DNA of 64,000 nt from Lingula anatina (lineage: Eukaryota; Animalia; Brachiopoda): NCBI GenBank assembly GCA_051362555.1, contig CM120643.1:9486001-9550000 (forward strand), in the 5' to 3' direction. A program made the position numbers and the translations under genes. Below the pieces are notes generated by a model. The model saw only the letters and a list, made by a program, of their open reading frames with translations. It made no database searches and was not told where the DNA came from. Shown piece after piece: positions 40,601 through 54,700 of this stretch. Each line of letters starts with the position of its first letter. The stretch's first letter is position 1.

Positions 40601-41541
40601 CCCTTGGCAGAACCGGAATGTTTAGAAGTATTTTTTCAAACACTGAGATCCCACAAAGAAGAGAATGCATTTGAATAAACAGAATATTAGCATTCGATTT
40701 CCAGTAGCCCGATCCATGCTTTTGGTACCATCGCCTGCTGTAAACCTTGTCTTGGGTCTCCAGCACACGTTCGTTGGTTTTGTCCGTGGCAGTAAATTGG
40801 AAAAACTTTGTCGTCTATGATATGCTGAGCAGGAAAACCGGGATTACCCTAAGAAGGAATGAAATGCAACTCGGCGCATGCATAAAAGACAACAAGCACT
40901 CTATTTTTATCTAGCTTATACACTTTTCAGCTCTCTCATACCGTACGCATAACCCTATTTCCACTGGCGATGCAAGCTAGGTTCCTCTATTTCACCTTTT
41001 TACGTCAGAGCAAAACACCCAAACTGAAAAATAAGAACGTCCTCATTTCGAGGGCAAGAACCGTTTATCATTGAGAACAGATCTTGTTCTAAAGGAGTAT
41101 CGGCATCTCGGTTTTCATTAATTCAATTTGTTGCTTTAATCTATTCCTGTTTCAATTGCTTTTTAATTATTCATCCTTATTCTGAGTTTTTTAAAAATTT
41201 TTATTCAATCATAACCGATTATTAAATCTAGGGTTATACATGCAGGGGTACAGTAATTAAAGCTCGACTCAATTCAACCGGTCGAGGGACGACGCGTGGG
41301 GAGCCGTGTGAGAGGCGGAGAGACCATTACAGGATTAAGCGGTCTTCCTTTCATGTAGGTCCGCCATATTTAGGCCGTGGCCTAGCTAGCACTCGGCTCT
41401 TCTCATTCTGAATAGCCTCTATGCCACGTGGGTCCCTCTAGCGGCGCACAGATCAACTACAGTCAGCAGACCAGTGACGTTGGAGCGGAAATTCCCTTCT
41501 TGGTGTTTTTCGTACCCTCTACCAGGGTGGCAGATATTATA

Positions 41542-41581
<40 letters not shown>

Positions 41582-42206
41582 AAAAGAGATAGTAAAACGA
41601 ACGTCTATTTATCTTGAGACATATATGTGAATTGTATTCTCTATAATACATTGTGTCAATTTTGAAGAGGCTGAGTATGGCTTGTTTACCTGTCGCATTA
41701 AGAAGCCAGTGATAAGGAAGTGCATGAAGCCATTGGCTGGAGTACGTACTAAGGGTTGTAATATTGAATAGAGAGTCAGAATGTACCTGAGCAGGCAACG
41801 AGTTCACATTAAACGATTGAAACTGGTCATTTTTGTCAGTGTGGATTTCCTCTGTAGCGTTTAGACGTAACGATTTCGACCGAGAATCTGGAAGGTTATA
41901 CTAAAGCGTTATCCTAACTAAAAGTGTCCAACGGTGTCCGTATTTCGAGCCTAATTCTAAATTACGTTTGTATCTAAATTTGCGCGGTTCCGGACACTCA
42001 GCTCTCCTCATTCTGATTGGCCCTTGAGTCCAAAATCTAACTTGATTTAACTACTGACTATGACATGCTGTTACTAACAAGTTGTAAAACAGACAATTTA
42101 AACTTCACTATATTTTTCTTACAAGAAATTTGAAGATGGTACAGTTTTTATGCTTTTTCTGCTGACAAAATTCTTAATTTTGTTTATCTTTTGGCATGTT
42201 GACTTT

Positions 42207-42381
42207 GGCTTCATTCAGAATAGGGGACAAACTAGTCCGAGAGTCAAATATGGCAACCCACTACAAAGCTTGCCGTCTAATCCGCTAATAGACACTGAAT
42301 AGATTTCCCATGGGGAAGCATTCAAGTGGGTTGGCCATATTTGACCCTCGGACTAGTTAGTCCCCTATTCTGAATGGGGCC
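42207..42381. mobile_element. Palindromic MITE
   Basis: cattcagaatagggga...actagtccgag...caaatatggc and its inverted copy gccatatttg...ctcggactagt...tcccctattctgaatg. Confidence 0.7.
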
Positions 42382-42633
42382 TTTGAGTCATATAAGAAAC
42401 TAATAGAGGTGGCTTATATTTGTTACAGGAATCTACAATCTTTTCATATGTAACTTTAAAGATGGGTATGAAGTTAGTTGGCATGCTAAATCATTGACAA
42501 TGAATTTGATCAAATCCCACAATTAAGTTTCAAATAGCGGACAGCGAGAAAGTTAATGCTTGGAGGAATTCAATATTCAAAGACACTGCACAGAATTAAA
42601 TAAAAGAGCATACAATATATGTATAAGTGTACA

Positions 42634-44097
42634 TCATACATCATCATCTGTAAAAACATTTCTAAACATTGCAACAGGATATATCTTAGATCTCACTTTT
42701 GGGGCAATGTTATCATTAGACTCCTTTTTCACTATAGCTTCGGTATAAAAATGGTTTTGTTTCATTGTCCCCAGAGTTGATTCCTCATCTTGAAATTCCT
42801 TTTTAATAGACTGAAGTGAAAGCCTAGTCCCAGGTAATATATCCTCATCTTGAAATTCCTTTTTAATAGACTGAAGTGAAAGCCTAGTCCCAGGTGATAA
42901 ATCCTCATCTTGAAATTCCTTTTTAACATACTGAAGTGAAAGCCTAGTCCCAGATGAAATATCCTCATCTTGAAATTCTGTCTTGATAGACTGATCTGAA
43001 AAACTAGAATGAATCCTTTTTTCATTATGTAAACAATTACTTTTATCACTGAAACTCTTTTTACAAAGCTGGCCTTCTGTGTGGATCCATCCGTGTCGTA
43101 AACACGCTCTTTTCTCACTAAAACTCTTTTCACAATATTTGCATTTGAGTGGTTCTTCTCCAGTGTGGGTCCTTTCATGTTGTTTACAGTGTTTATTGCC
43201 AATGAAACTCTTTTCACAATACTGGCATTTGAATGGTCTTTCTCCTGTGTGTCTTCTTTCGTGTACTATACAATTACTTCTTACAATAAAACACTTTTCA
43301 CAATATTTGCATTTGAATGGTTTTTCTCCAGTGTGGGTGCTTTCATGTTGTATACATTTACTTTTCTGAATAAAACACTTTCCACAAAATTGGCATTTAA
43401 ACGGCTTTTCTCCAGCGTGAATCTTTTCATGTTGTTTACAGTAACTTTTCTCACTAAACCTCTTTATACAATACTGGCATTTGAATGGTTTTTCTCCAGT
43501 GTGGGTCTTTTCATGTTGAATACACTTGTCTTTGACAATAAAAGTCATTTCACAATACTGGCATTTGAATGGTTTTTCTCCAGTGTGAGTCCTTTCATGT
43601 TCTTCACGCTTGTATTTGACAATAAAACTCATTTCACAATACTGGCATTTAAATGGTTTTTCTCCAGTGTGTCTCCTTTCATGTCGTTCACAGTAACTTT
43701 TCTCACTAAAACTCTTTACACAATACTGGCATTTGAATGGTTTTACTCCAGTGTGGGTCTTTTCATGGTGAACACACTTGTCTTTGACAGTAAAAGTCTT
43801 TTCACAATACTGACATTTGAATGGTTTTTCTCCAGAGTGGGTCCTTTCGTGTCGTATGCAACTACTTTTCACATTAAAACACTTCTTACAAAACTGGCAT
43901 TTGAATGATTTTTCTCCAGTGTGGATCAATTCATGTCTTATACATTTACTTTTCTGTTTAAAACACTTTACGCAATACTGGCATTTGAATGGTTTTTCTC
44001 CAGTGTGGGTCCTTTCATGTATTATACAGTTACATTTCTTTTTAAAACTCTTTTCACAATACTGGCACTTGAAAGGGTTTTTTCCACTGTGGGCCAT
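42634..44097 (-). CDS. Tandem C2H2 zinc-finger protein (12 intact fingers plus 1 degenerate) with a C-terminal 20-aa repeat
   Basis: FKCQYCEK.F..K..C..HERTHTGEKP repeated with 84-bp periodicity. First in-frame ATG is at 44097 (the ORF track start at 44133 is GTG); an upstream exon cannot be excluded. Confidence 0.85.
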   Translation of the reverse strand: MAHSGKNPFKCQYCEKSFKKKCNCIIHERTHTGEKPFKCQYCVKCFKQKSKCIRHELIHTGEKSFKCQFCKKCFNVKSSCIRHERTHSGEKPFKCQYCEKTFTVKDKCVHHEKTHTGVKPFKCQYCVKSFSEKSYCERHERRHTGEKPFKCQYCEMSFIVKYKREEHERTHTGEKPFKCQYCEMTFIVKDKCIQHEKTHTGEKPFKCQYCIKRFSEKSYCKQHEKIHAGEKPFKCQFCGKCFIQKSKCIQHESTHTGEKPFKCKYCEKCFIVRSNCIVHERRHTGERPFKCQYCEKSFIGNKHCKQHERTHTGEEPLKCKYCEKSFSEKRACLRHGWIHTEGQLCKKSFSDKSNCLHNEKRIHSSFSDQSIKTEFQDEDISSGTRLSLQYVKKEFQDEDLSPGTRLSLQSIKKEFQDEDILPGTRLSLQSIKKEFQDEESTLGTMKQNHFYTEAIVKKESNDNIAPKVRSKIYPVAMFRNVFTDDDV

Positions 44098-44133
44098 TTT
44101 GTACCATACACATATACTTGAAACTTCTTTCAC

Positions 44134-44425
44134 ATTACTGCCACTTGAATTTTTGTTCTCCAGTATAGGTCAGAATTACATAATGTTTTTCGTCAGGTGG
44201 GTCTTTTACTGTGGTAAATAGTAATTTATCTTATTAAATCACTTTTCACAACGTCAGCATTTGATGGATTATTTCCAGTGTGAGTCATTTCACGCTGGGT
44301 GCAACTGTGTAAACGCTTTTCAAACACGGCAATATTTTGAAAGAATTTTTTTACAACATTGAAACACTGATGGTTTCTCTTCAGTCTGAGTGTCCTCTGA
44401 TGTATAATGTAGTTTGCACGTTTAA
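44134..44425 (-). pseudogene. Decayed zinc-finger repeats upstream of the intact array
   Basis: Minus strand shows linker/finger remnants (ACTCACACTGGA = THTG; AAATGCTGACGTTGTGAAAAGTGATTT = KC*RCEK*F) with stops and frameshifts. Confidence 0.6.
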
Positions 44426-46827
44426 ATGTGAGTACTAGTTGCGTAGATCTGGACTGTATACAGCGATTTCACTGGGTGTCAGTCCACAGTGGCTGTGATT
44501 TGGATCAGCTTCGTTGAGGCGAAGTGTCGCTAACGTGCACGTAAATTTCATGTTGCAGCCTCACCAATGACAAAGTTGTTGCTGATACACAGCAAAGTCG
44601 CATTATTCTACCCGATTCTTTCCGCTTATTTACGAAAACAATGTCATAAAACCTACATACGAGACAGTGTACGAGACAAAACATGCAGGTAAAAATGGGT
44701 AACGTACTATTATTCGATACTATTTATCTGAAATATCTTCAGGACAGGACACATTCCAATTCATTGAGATTGCTTTTAAGATAAAATAATGCGTTTCTAG
44801 ATTATTTTAGTTCATCTGAAACCTTAAATGTTGTCTTTTTTATATTTAATAATTATATAAACGTTTAATACAGATCTTGGTATAAAATTTCCTTCTTTTT
44901 TCAATAAACTCCAAAATAAACGCATGAGGTGTATATACAGTAGCCTAGGCCCCTATATATATTCAGGGGTGTAACCAGAACTTTTAAAATTGAACGCACA
45001 GATTTTCAAAATTCCCAAAGTACAACTAAATTTAGACTTACGCAACAGATGAAGGGCAGTTTAAATTATATGTGCCAAATATAATAGCTTAATTTTCTCC
45101 AGTAATTAAATCGTCACTTAAAGTTAAAAATATTCCTAAAATATAATTAAGTTCCACTAAACTAGTATTATTTCACCCAGGACCAACACTTTTTCCAGGA
45201 TTAGGGTACAGGCCGTCCAAAATTGCCATCTGTAATTTCCTTCAAAATTTAAGGGTGTCGAACTTTTCCAAGTGCCGAGAGAGGGAGGGGGGGGGGGGGG
45301 GCTGGGGGGTTTGGGGAATAAAATTAAATAAAAATATTTAAAAAATAATAAATTTCAATGGGGAGGGAGGGTTTAAAATAATCGGTAACGATGCAGTCGG
45401 CAACTATCTCTTGCTCCCGATCTTCGGTTAACGAAGTCTTTTGAACAGATAAGAAAATTCCCTTCTCGTCTTTTTGGCGAACGATCTCTCGCTGAAAATA
45501 TAAAATTTGCCTTTCTTGTCTATCAGCTTTGTCAGGTGCCGTATGTATAAAGATCCGGAAGGTGCCCCCTTGAATAATTTGGCGGCAAGTTAACTCAGAC
45601 TTCATTTAGGGCCTACACGTGTTTTGTACCGAATGTATATAATTCCTGTCACTACTGCATAATGTATTTTTTTAAAAGTTAATGGAAACATTCTATTGTG
45701 TTTTGTAAGCTTTAGGTCGTACAATGTATATAGTTACGTTGTGACTGAATAACAGCGTGCACTAAAAAGAAGAAATATTCAACTGAGACGCATCATAAAT
45801 GCGGGGTACGTCTAATTACTCCAAGCGATTTTGATACGCCGTCCACGGGTATATAATATTCGGAAATAGTGTTTGACTGCTGTAATGAAGTAATTCAGTA
45901 AAACATAAACATTTAACTTTAATCTATTAATATTAAATGAAGTTATGATATTTCGACTTGAAATCAGACAATTTCAGTCTTGGTGGTAGACAAGTTCTTA
46001 AAATATCAGGTTAATATGGAGAAAGATAGTAAACACTATCAGTGTTTTACTAATTGACAGTTTTGCTAAATTTTTATAGGAATTGCATAGTTCAGATTTT
46101 TATGCTCCACTAAATTGATGTAAACATACGTAAATTAGCTCAACATTCAATATTAAAATGAATGACAAAGCTTGATTTCTTAAATGGAAGACTGTACAAA
46201 TTCCTTTTGCATAAAAGATGACATCATTAAAATAATTATCCATTTTGCAGATTACTAGCTGAAGAGAACAAACTGATGGGTCAGTAACGTCCTTGAAAAA
46301 CTGTCACAGCACAATCGGCAGGAGTGAATCCAGGATTACTTGAAGGGGGGGTCGCCCCCCCCCCCCCCCCCCCCCCCCCACTCCGGGCATGAGGCCCCCC
46401 AAAATGTGGTATTTCAGAGGGTGAACAGTGCCATTTGGTACGGTTTAGAACTATGATTTACAGCTAGTCAAAATTCTAATTTCAATAGGGGACCATTTGT
46501 GTGATTTTTTAATCAGAAACAAAGTGGGGTTGGGACCCCCCTGACCCCCCTAAATTTGCACTGAACTGCGAATCACGTTTAAAAATGTTCGTTTAAAAAT
46601 GTTTGTTGTTTGTGTTATTGTCTCTGTATAGCAGCTCAGCTGGTATTTTCCTAAGGTGAAGCTTGAAGATGCTTTAACATCATTTTCTTTAAGTCCTTGT
46701 TCCTTAAATTTATGTTCATTAATGACATCTTGATTTCTTTCAAACTGTTTATATTCATATACCAGTCTGATTGTCATCAGAAACCTTTTTTTCAATAAAA
46801 TGCTCTAGATCCACCATCTTCTAGTGT

Positions 46828-48699
46828 CTAACTGTCTGGTTCATACTCTGTTGGTGATACTTCCATTAACAACTGAAGAGCTGTTGTGATTTTATCTGAA
46901 AGTAGGAAAAATTTTATTTGTTTTTATTTAATAATTAATCAATCTATTTTTTATAAATCTGATTTGGAGAATTATTCACTGATCTGTTATTTAAAATCAA
47001 TTCTTTTTATCAAAATATATGTACATAAAGTGATTATGAATTATAATGAAATTTACAGATAATCAAAATATCAAATATATGAGTGAAGAATGTACAAAAG
47101 TGTGGATTGTTTTTTAAAATTTATAAAATTAACAGATTCAGAACATAGCCCATTTTTGTGAGATGACATTGGAATCAAGAATCTGCCTAAATAGAACTGT
47201 AAAGAGACAATTAAACAACTTTTTAATGGTGAATACCCAAAAATGTACTTACCAATGAACTTTGGGTGTATTTTAAAGTGGATGAAAGGCACATAAAAGA
47301 TAAGTCCAGCCAAAATAAACAAGGTTGCGTACAGGTACTCCAGTTTAGGGGAGTCCACAATGGGAGCTATGACTAGGTACAGGGAAGCAAGCAGCATGAA
47401 AATTGGTATCACTATTGGAACCTGTGGAAAATACGGGAAATAGTCATCATTTTATGTTTTATGAAAAAATAAATAAATAAATAAATAATTAAAGAGTAGA
47501 TGGCTACAATCACAGTTACTGGAAACAGAAATGCAAGATATGAAGAAGTATAATAATAATGTTTAGGAACTTGCAGAAAAGAAAGTTAAATTATTTTATG
47601 AAAGACATTTTGCCAAAAAATATTTGCCGATATGAATGAATACCTTGTATGGCCTTGGCAGGTCAGGCTGTCTGAATCGTAGGACAAGAAGAGCAGCAAA
47701 TGTCGCACCATAAAACAACCAGGCAGTAAAACTAAAGAAATCGATGAGAGCAGATATATCTCCTGGAATGATCATCAGAATGGCAATGCAGGCCTGAAAA
47801 TGGAAATGATTCAACAGACTGAAATAGCATGCCAATGTCCTGCAAGGCAATCCCCCCAAAACGGCTCATTCCATACCTAAGTATCATTTTTTAATATCAA
47901 AATTTAATATGGCTTATTCCAAACCTAAGTATCATTTTTTTTAATGACAAAGTTTAATAAAGTGTTTTCAAAATTTAGGAATTTATTGTAAATACAGTGA
48001 AGAGAATGCATATATATAATAGATTCCAAACAAGGTGTATCAATACTAGCTAGACTTGCTTCTTTTCATACCATATCACAGTTCAATACAGCTTTCAGAA
48101 GTCTATTATTTTTCATTTATCTATTATTTTGTCCATTGTCAGATGCATCCTATGATAGACAGGCCAGTAACCAGCAATTCCAATGGGGGGGGGGGGGGGG
48201 GGGGGGGGTCTTTTTCTGAAAAGGTGGACCCTTAACCATAAAAACTTCATGTACCTACGTAGATCAAATTTTACCCAGAGTGGACATTTTCCCAGCAAAA
48301 GGGGAAGTTCTTTTCAACTCCCCCCCTCCCCCCTCCCCCCATCAGGCTACAGGCCTGATAGAATATTTATACTTACAGTAAAGATCATGGACGGGAGAGG
48401 TGTGTACTTTTTGACATGAACCATGGACAGAATACTCATAAGGTGGCCTTCTCTGGCTGCCACAAAACAAAGCCTGGGAACAGAAAAATGGAAATCTTAT
48501 GAGGTTCTGGCAGAATCTGATGAATTGTGAATCTGTCACTACCACAAACCAAAGCTGGAAAACCGAATAAATAAATGAATCTTTTTATTTTGTGACCTTT
48601 AATTTGGCTATACCACAAAATAGGGGCCTGTCAATTCAAAATGGCAACAGAAAAATTCTGGAATATAATTCACATCAAACAACAATAAATAAGTGTCAA

Positions 48700-48730
<31 letters not shown>

Positions 48731-51700
48731 AAAAACTGAATCAAAAGTTTAATTTCTATATTCAAGACATACTTTAATACAGGAAAACTGATAATTCATG
48801 CTGCCAATAATGATGTTATGTTTGATTTAGTGCCAATGAATGACGTGCATGTGGTGCTTTGACAAAATAAAAAAAGAAGAAGGGAAAAATGACCCACCTG
48901 CCACCTGTGAAGGCTGTGCCGTTAGCAGCACCAAATGTAGACATTGCCACAGAGATAGGAATAATAATGGCTGCTGGGCCTATCACTCTATCTGCCCATG
49001 TCTGAAATAATATATAATATAAAAGACTGTAAAATGAAGATTTAAAACCTTTATTACACATTTTACAGTATATATGTTTTCTATCATAGCTAAGAAGCTG
49101 CAGCACTACAGGTAGCACAAAACTATTGAACTCAAAAGGCATGAACATTTGAAAAAAGTGAATGAAAATCTTCCACATCCTGAAGCCTAATTAAGAACCA
49201 ATGTTGCACTTAGAGCGCATTCTCAACGAATTAAGCCAGGCTTTACAAAGCCGGTGACCTAAAAATGGCGGACGTACATGAAAGAAAAACCGCCTAATCT
49301 TTTAATAGTCTCTCCGCCTCTCACACGCCTCCCCACACGTCGTCCCTGCGGGGTACAGTAATTAAATCTCGGCTCCGAACATTAATATTTCCGTGAATAT
49401 CTCTGGTGATATTATCTCCGTAGATAGTCGATTCATTGCTGCTCTACAGGCCAAATTATTCCTTTTTCGTCTCTGTTTTCAAAGATAATAGAACAGAAGA
49501 GCTTTTTTCCTTCGATCGCCTTCAGCCGCCATGCTTTCTTCACCACGAGTTTAACTGATGAGCATGTGCACTTAATATTTCTCAGGTAGCTTCCGCATGG
49601 CGAACGGAGTCGAGATTTAATTACTGTACCCCACAGGGACGACGTGTGGGGAGGCGGAGAGACTATTAAAAGATAAGGCGGTCTTTCTTTCATGTACGTC
49701 CGCCATTTTTAGGTCACCGGCTTTGTAAAGCCTGGCTTAATTCGTTGAGAATGCGCTCTTAGTCTACTATTAATTGTGCTTCTGTAATTGATAGAAAAAA
49801 AAACTAGAAATAGTCAACAAACTTGGAAAATCTTTTTTTTTTTTTTTTGGCCAATATATCTGATTTTGTCAAACATACCAGATATATTCCAATTTTAATT
49901 AGTCCTACAGTATATTATATATTTTTACAACGGTTGTTGTTGTGTTGTTATTTTTACCTGGTGTATGTAATAAATGATGCAAAAAAAGAGAAGTCAAAAT
50001 TACTCACAAAATGTAGTTTTTCTCATGGCCATACCAGTACTTACAACAGCTACAGCAGGTGATGCAATAATTTCTGCAGCAGACATGACGCTCAAGTAGG
50101 AAATATTAACCAGGATATAGCATATCATAACCAGTGGCAAGCCAATCAGAATGGCACGAGGAAGATTTCTGAAATAAGAAAAAACATGAAAAGTGTCAAC
50201 AACAGGGGCAGATTGATCCAGACATATTTTCTGACAGTCTTCCAAATTATCTTTGTTGATCCATCCTCCTTTTCAACCGTCTTCCGACAGAAAAATTAAA
50301 TGACTTTCAATGTAAACTTGAAAAATTCTGACTGTCTTCCAGAAGACCCAGAAGATGGCCTCCAATGAACAATTACTGGTACTTTTCGCAGTTTGCTTAA
50401 AGGGTCCATCAGCTACTTCTACTGTTGAGTTCAAACAGATAAAGAAGCAAGTAACAATTTTTGTGGTGATTTACCAATGAAAATTTAAACTAAGTAAATT
50501 GATCAAACATTTATATGAAAATACACATTCAAGAACACAAAAGTTGTCAAACAATTACACTTACACTGTTGGGTTCTGCAACTCTTCTGTAGCATAATTC
50601 AAATTGTTCCTACAATAAACAAGCCAACCATTCATGATAGTCTTTAACTGAACACAAAATTTATTTTCAATGTTGCAAATTTAAAATTTTGACAAATGAT
50701 GAATTTGTATGAATTTCACAGAAGTGCATATCAAGCTGTCAACACTTGGTGTTTAAGCTTCTTCTGTATTTTTTTTAGATATTGATCCCTGTTCTACTTA
50801 TGCTGAAATCATGTAAATCGATCAGCCCATTTAAGGCAGTGTCAAGTTGACAGAGACTCCATCTTCTCTGCTCAGCATACTGAATATCATGTTTTCAGTG
50901 TGGCAGATCCGGCTGTGACATTTTTAAAGTACAAAAACTACCGTTAACAGTTGTGATTCAGAGGCTCAAGAAAGGAGCATCAAAAGATTCAGAACTTCAG
51001 TTTCAGAAAGGACTGCATGACCACTATATGCACATGTATATAACAGTGGATCATATAAATTAACACAATCATTTAGGCTTCGTTCACATGCAATCTGTGG
51101 ATCAAATATGGCAACCCACTAAACAGCTTGTCGCTTAATTCCTGTTTGGACATTAAGGCTTCGTTCACATGCAATGTCTATTTTCTAAATTCTATTTTCT
51201 ATTTGCACTATCTTATGATCACGGCCTGTGCACTGAATATCCCGCCGGGTAATTACTGGCAGCGCGAGCCAGTTACTTATAGTAACTTATAGTAACTGGC
51301 TCGCGCTGCCAGTAATTACGCTGCGGGATATTCAGGCCACAGACCGTGATCATAAGACATACCGCAAATAGAAAATAGAATTTAGAAAATAGACATTGCA
51401 TGTGAACGAAGCCTTAGCTACATGTTCCTTACCAGCCATCATAAGCCCACAGCCCATCATAGAATGCCAGTGCTATTCCAGCCACATTGTTAGAGGTGCC
51501 TTCAAACCCATTGCCAAGGTGTTGGATATTACCTGGATATAAAAGAAGTGAATAATTATATTAAGACAAATATTAATGGACTGGATATATGTATAACAAT
51601 TTTGCCTTCATGTTCATTTTCTTAACTGTAATATCAATATTCTTTAATTTTCAGTAAATCATTCATTCAGGCCTATTTTTTTATTTTGTTAATTAAAGTT

Positions 51701-54700
51701 TATTTTAAAATTTTGAAAATGATGATAAACCATTCCTTTAAGTTTTGGCTATGTAAACGTTACAAGTTTTTTTTCTATTTCTTTTAATATATCACTTTAA
51801 TAAGTGACCTAACAACCCACGTTGAAAATTGCACATTGTGACAAAGGAAAAAGACTACAGCTTCAAATAAAGTTTTCTTTTACACAATATTTCAGAGTCA
51901 TAATTGTTTATCTAAACTTTAAGTTGGCAGTCTGAAACATTGCTGTGACATTTGTAAATTAAATAATTGTTCATGACATAATACATAATTACTATCTGCT
52001 TACCTTGTATAAGTTTAACTATTCCGCCAACAATAATCAGTCCAATCGCAGCCAGTTTTGCAAAAGCAAAGAAGTTCTGAACCCTTGTCGCCAGCTTAAC
52101 TGAGTAACAGTTGATGCCCATTATAACCACTGCAGATATACACAATGGAGAGACATGAAATTTAATTATACTGAAATAATTTATTGACCATTGTTAAAAA
52201 TCCTGCTCACCCACATATTTTATAATGAATCACTTTGGCCAAATAACAAAGCATTAAATTAATTCACATTTAAATAAAGATTCAATAATTTTCACAATGT
52301 TCAGAGCTTTTTTAACAGATTCACTGCTGCTTTCTTAAACTGGTTTTGTATATATAAAATATCTCATAATCCCTATATTAACATAAATGATACTTTTTTC
52401 TTTAAAAAACTAATTTTGTCACAATAAGAAAATTTAATTTTAGGATAAAATATCAGAAAGTTTACATTTAATCTGGATATTTTTTGGGGAAATCCTTAAA
52501 ACATGTGTTCTTTACATGGAAGAAAGAGACAAACATTTGTTGAGAACCAGGTTATTTACCCAGTTATAAAATGCAGGAAAGATAAACAACAGACACAGAA
52601 AGACAATAATGCAAAAGCTTCTATAGATAAACCCAGTGAGTATGCTTCAGCATGCCTTTTGTGATCATCTGGTGTAATCTGATATCATTAACAACAGCAA
52701 ACATTAAACAATAAAGATCACCATTGTTTTCTGTAGTGATGACTGATTCGTGCAATCGCTTTCGTACCTTAACTGGAAATACTTAGGGACATATCTGACA
52801 TGTATGTTCCACAATGAATCTATTGTCTTAATATTATAGGTTTTTTCACAGTTTCTTCAATTAACCCAAATCATTTAAATTACACATGCAATATGAAATC
52901 TGTCCTTTAATGATCATCTCCTTTAAATAAAATCTACATACACTGACACACTCGTTACATGTATCATCTAGATTTACCATTATTTTCTCAGTTTTTTTAC
53001 TCTCTGCATGCTCTTGCTTGTATACCTGGTAGTTTCAAGCCCATTTACTATATTTAATTTTCTTTTTTATCTGTTTTTAATTATCCCTACAAGATTTGTT
53101 TTGTGCTTAGTTAATGCTGAAACAATTGAATTGCTTGTGTGAATTTTAACCCATAATATCTATCTTCCTGGTTTGTAGCTGTTTTTGATTACATATGTTC
53201 ATTTCAAAGTAGTTTAAAGTCCAGCTGTCATATTTATCTTCCTGGTTTCTAACCCTTAAATTATTCTGCACTTTTTTAATATGTTCTTGTTCCAAGCATG
53301 AAACATATTGTGTAAATTGCTTGAAGTTTCGAGTTCATTTAATCAGCACTTAGCAAGGACACAACTAACACTTACAGAAGGTGACAAATGCACGCTAAAT
53401 ACAGAAAACTTTTTTAAAAGTTTCATTATTATGAAATATTCTGTCATAAGATTATTTTCATTGTACATAGCAATTACCATTAACAACAAAGAATAGGAAA
53501 TCAAAGACAGTACTTGTGGACACTTGACTTTCAGGGTGAATCATAAAAAATAATGCACAGGAGAAAAAGAAATATTCAGCTTTAATGCTAAGAAAAAAAT
53601 TTCCCTGAGCATGGAACCGGTACCAGCTAAGTTATTATCATCCAGTTCTTTTTCCTTCCTAAAAAATTTTCCCCTTCCCCTCATCAAATCTGCCTTTGAT
53701 ATATTTATATAAATACTAAGACTGGGTTCCCATACCTAGATCGATCTAACAGGATTGATCCATCTCCAAGGGGTTTCTGGCTAAATAGCTTTCAGGCTTA
53801 AGCAACTTAGATGTCTGACACTTATTCTGAAGCTGCTAAATGATACTTAATTACCTCCTAGCAGCTTCAGGAGGCTTGACAGACATCTAAGCCGCTTAAG
53901 TTGATAGCAATTTAGCGAGAATCCCCTTGGAGAGGAATCAATCCACAGTTGGTACAATAGGGTCTGAGAACGGTCCCTTATACTTACTCAAAGCAGCAAA
54001 GGCTGTCAATTTCAGAATCGCCTGTGGGGGCCCACAGTTCCCATAGACAGGGGTCAGTGTGTACCTCGCAAATGCAAGGGTAATAATTGCCATTGACGAT
54101 GGTTTTTTTGCGAGTAATGTGGTCCACACAAAAAGAAATGCCGGAACTGGACCATAAGCCTCAAAATAATATGCATACATACTCCCAGACTTAGGAATGG
54201 CTGTTCCAAGCTCAGTGCAACACAGTGCTCCTGTCAAGGAAATTTGTACAAGTGCTGCTTTAATATATTTAATCTAGATCATCATGAATGTTTAAATATG
54301 TGAAAAATAATTACTTTAAAAAACCAACTCTTTTTGTCCTAAATGATTGTCATTCCGAGATCCATATATAATCAAGATGGGTATATTAATGCGCTTTTAA
54401 AATCTTGCACCAACCACACCACAATTTTTTTTTATCATGCTGTCATTTAAGAGAAATCCTTCTCAATATTAAAATGATAATTGATATTTCATACATTTTC
54501 AAGCATCATGCAATGTTTAAATTAAGGAAGTGTGCACCAATTTTTGCCTTAAATTCTGCATTCTCTAGCAATTAGGGAACTGCCCCATACTGATTTATAC
54601 AAAGTTTAAATGACAAATACTGGTATATGTTTTCTGATTATCATTGATTATATAAATTTAATTACCAGTCACTATGAAGATTTATGGTGGATCAAGGGGG

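Noticed and set aside
31200-42000. Short ORFs in the intergenic region
   Set aside because: All are about 115 aa or shorter, often with non-ATG starts or microsatellite-derived sequence, and show no motif or exon chain I could support. Decayed transposon fragments are likely but unclassifiable by eye.
42762-44221. Overlapping ORFs on the ZNF gene (43165-43908 +, 43817-44221 +, 42762-43217 -)
   Set aside because: These are the usual stop-poor antisense or shifted frames of an 84-bp finger repeat and have no independent coding features.
45324-45605. 93-aa ATG ORF as the first exon of the ZNF gene
   Set aside because: No recognisable effector domain and no clear splice path to the finger array.
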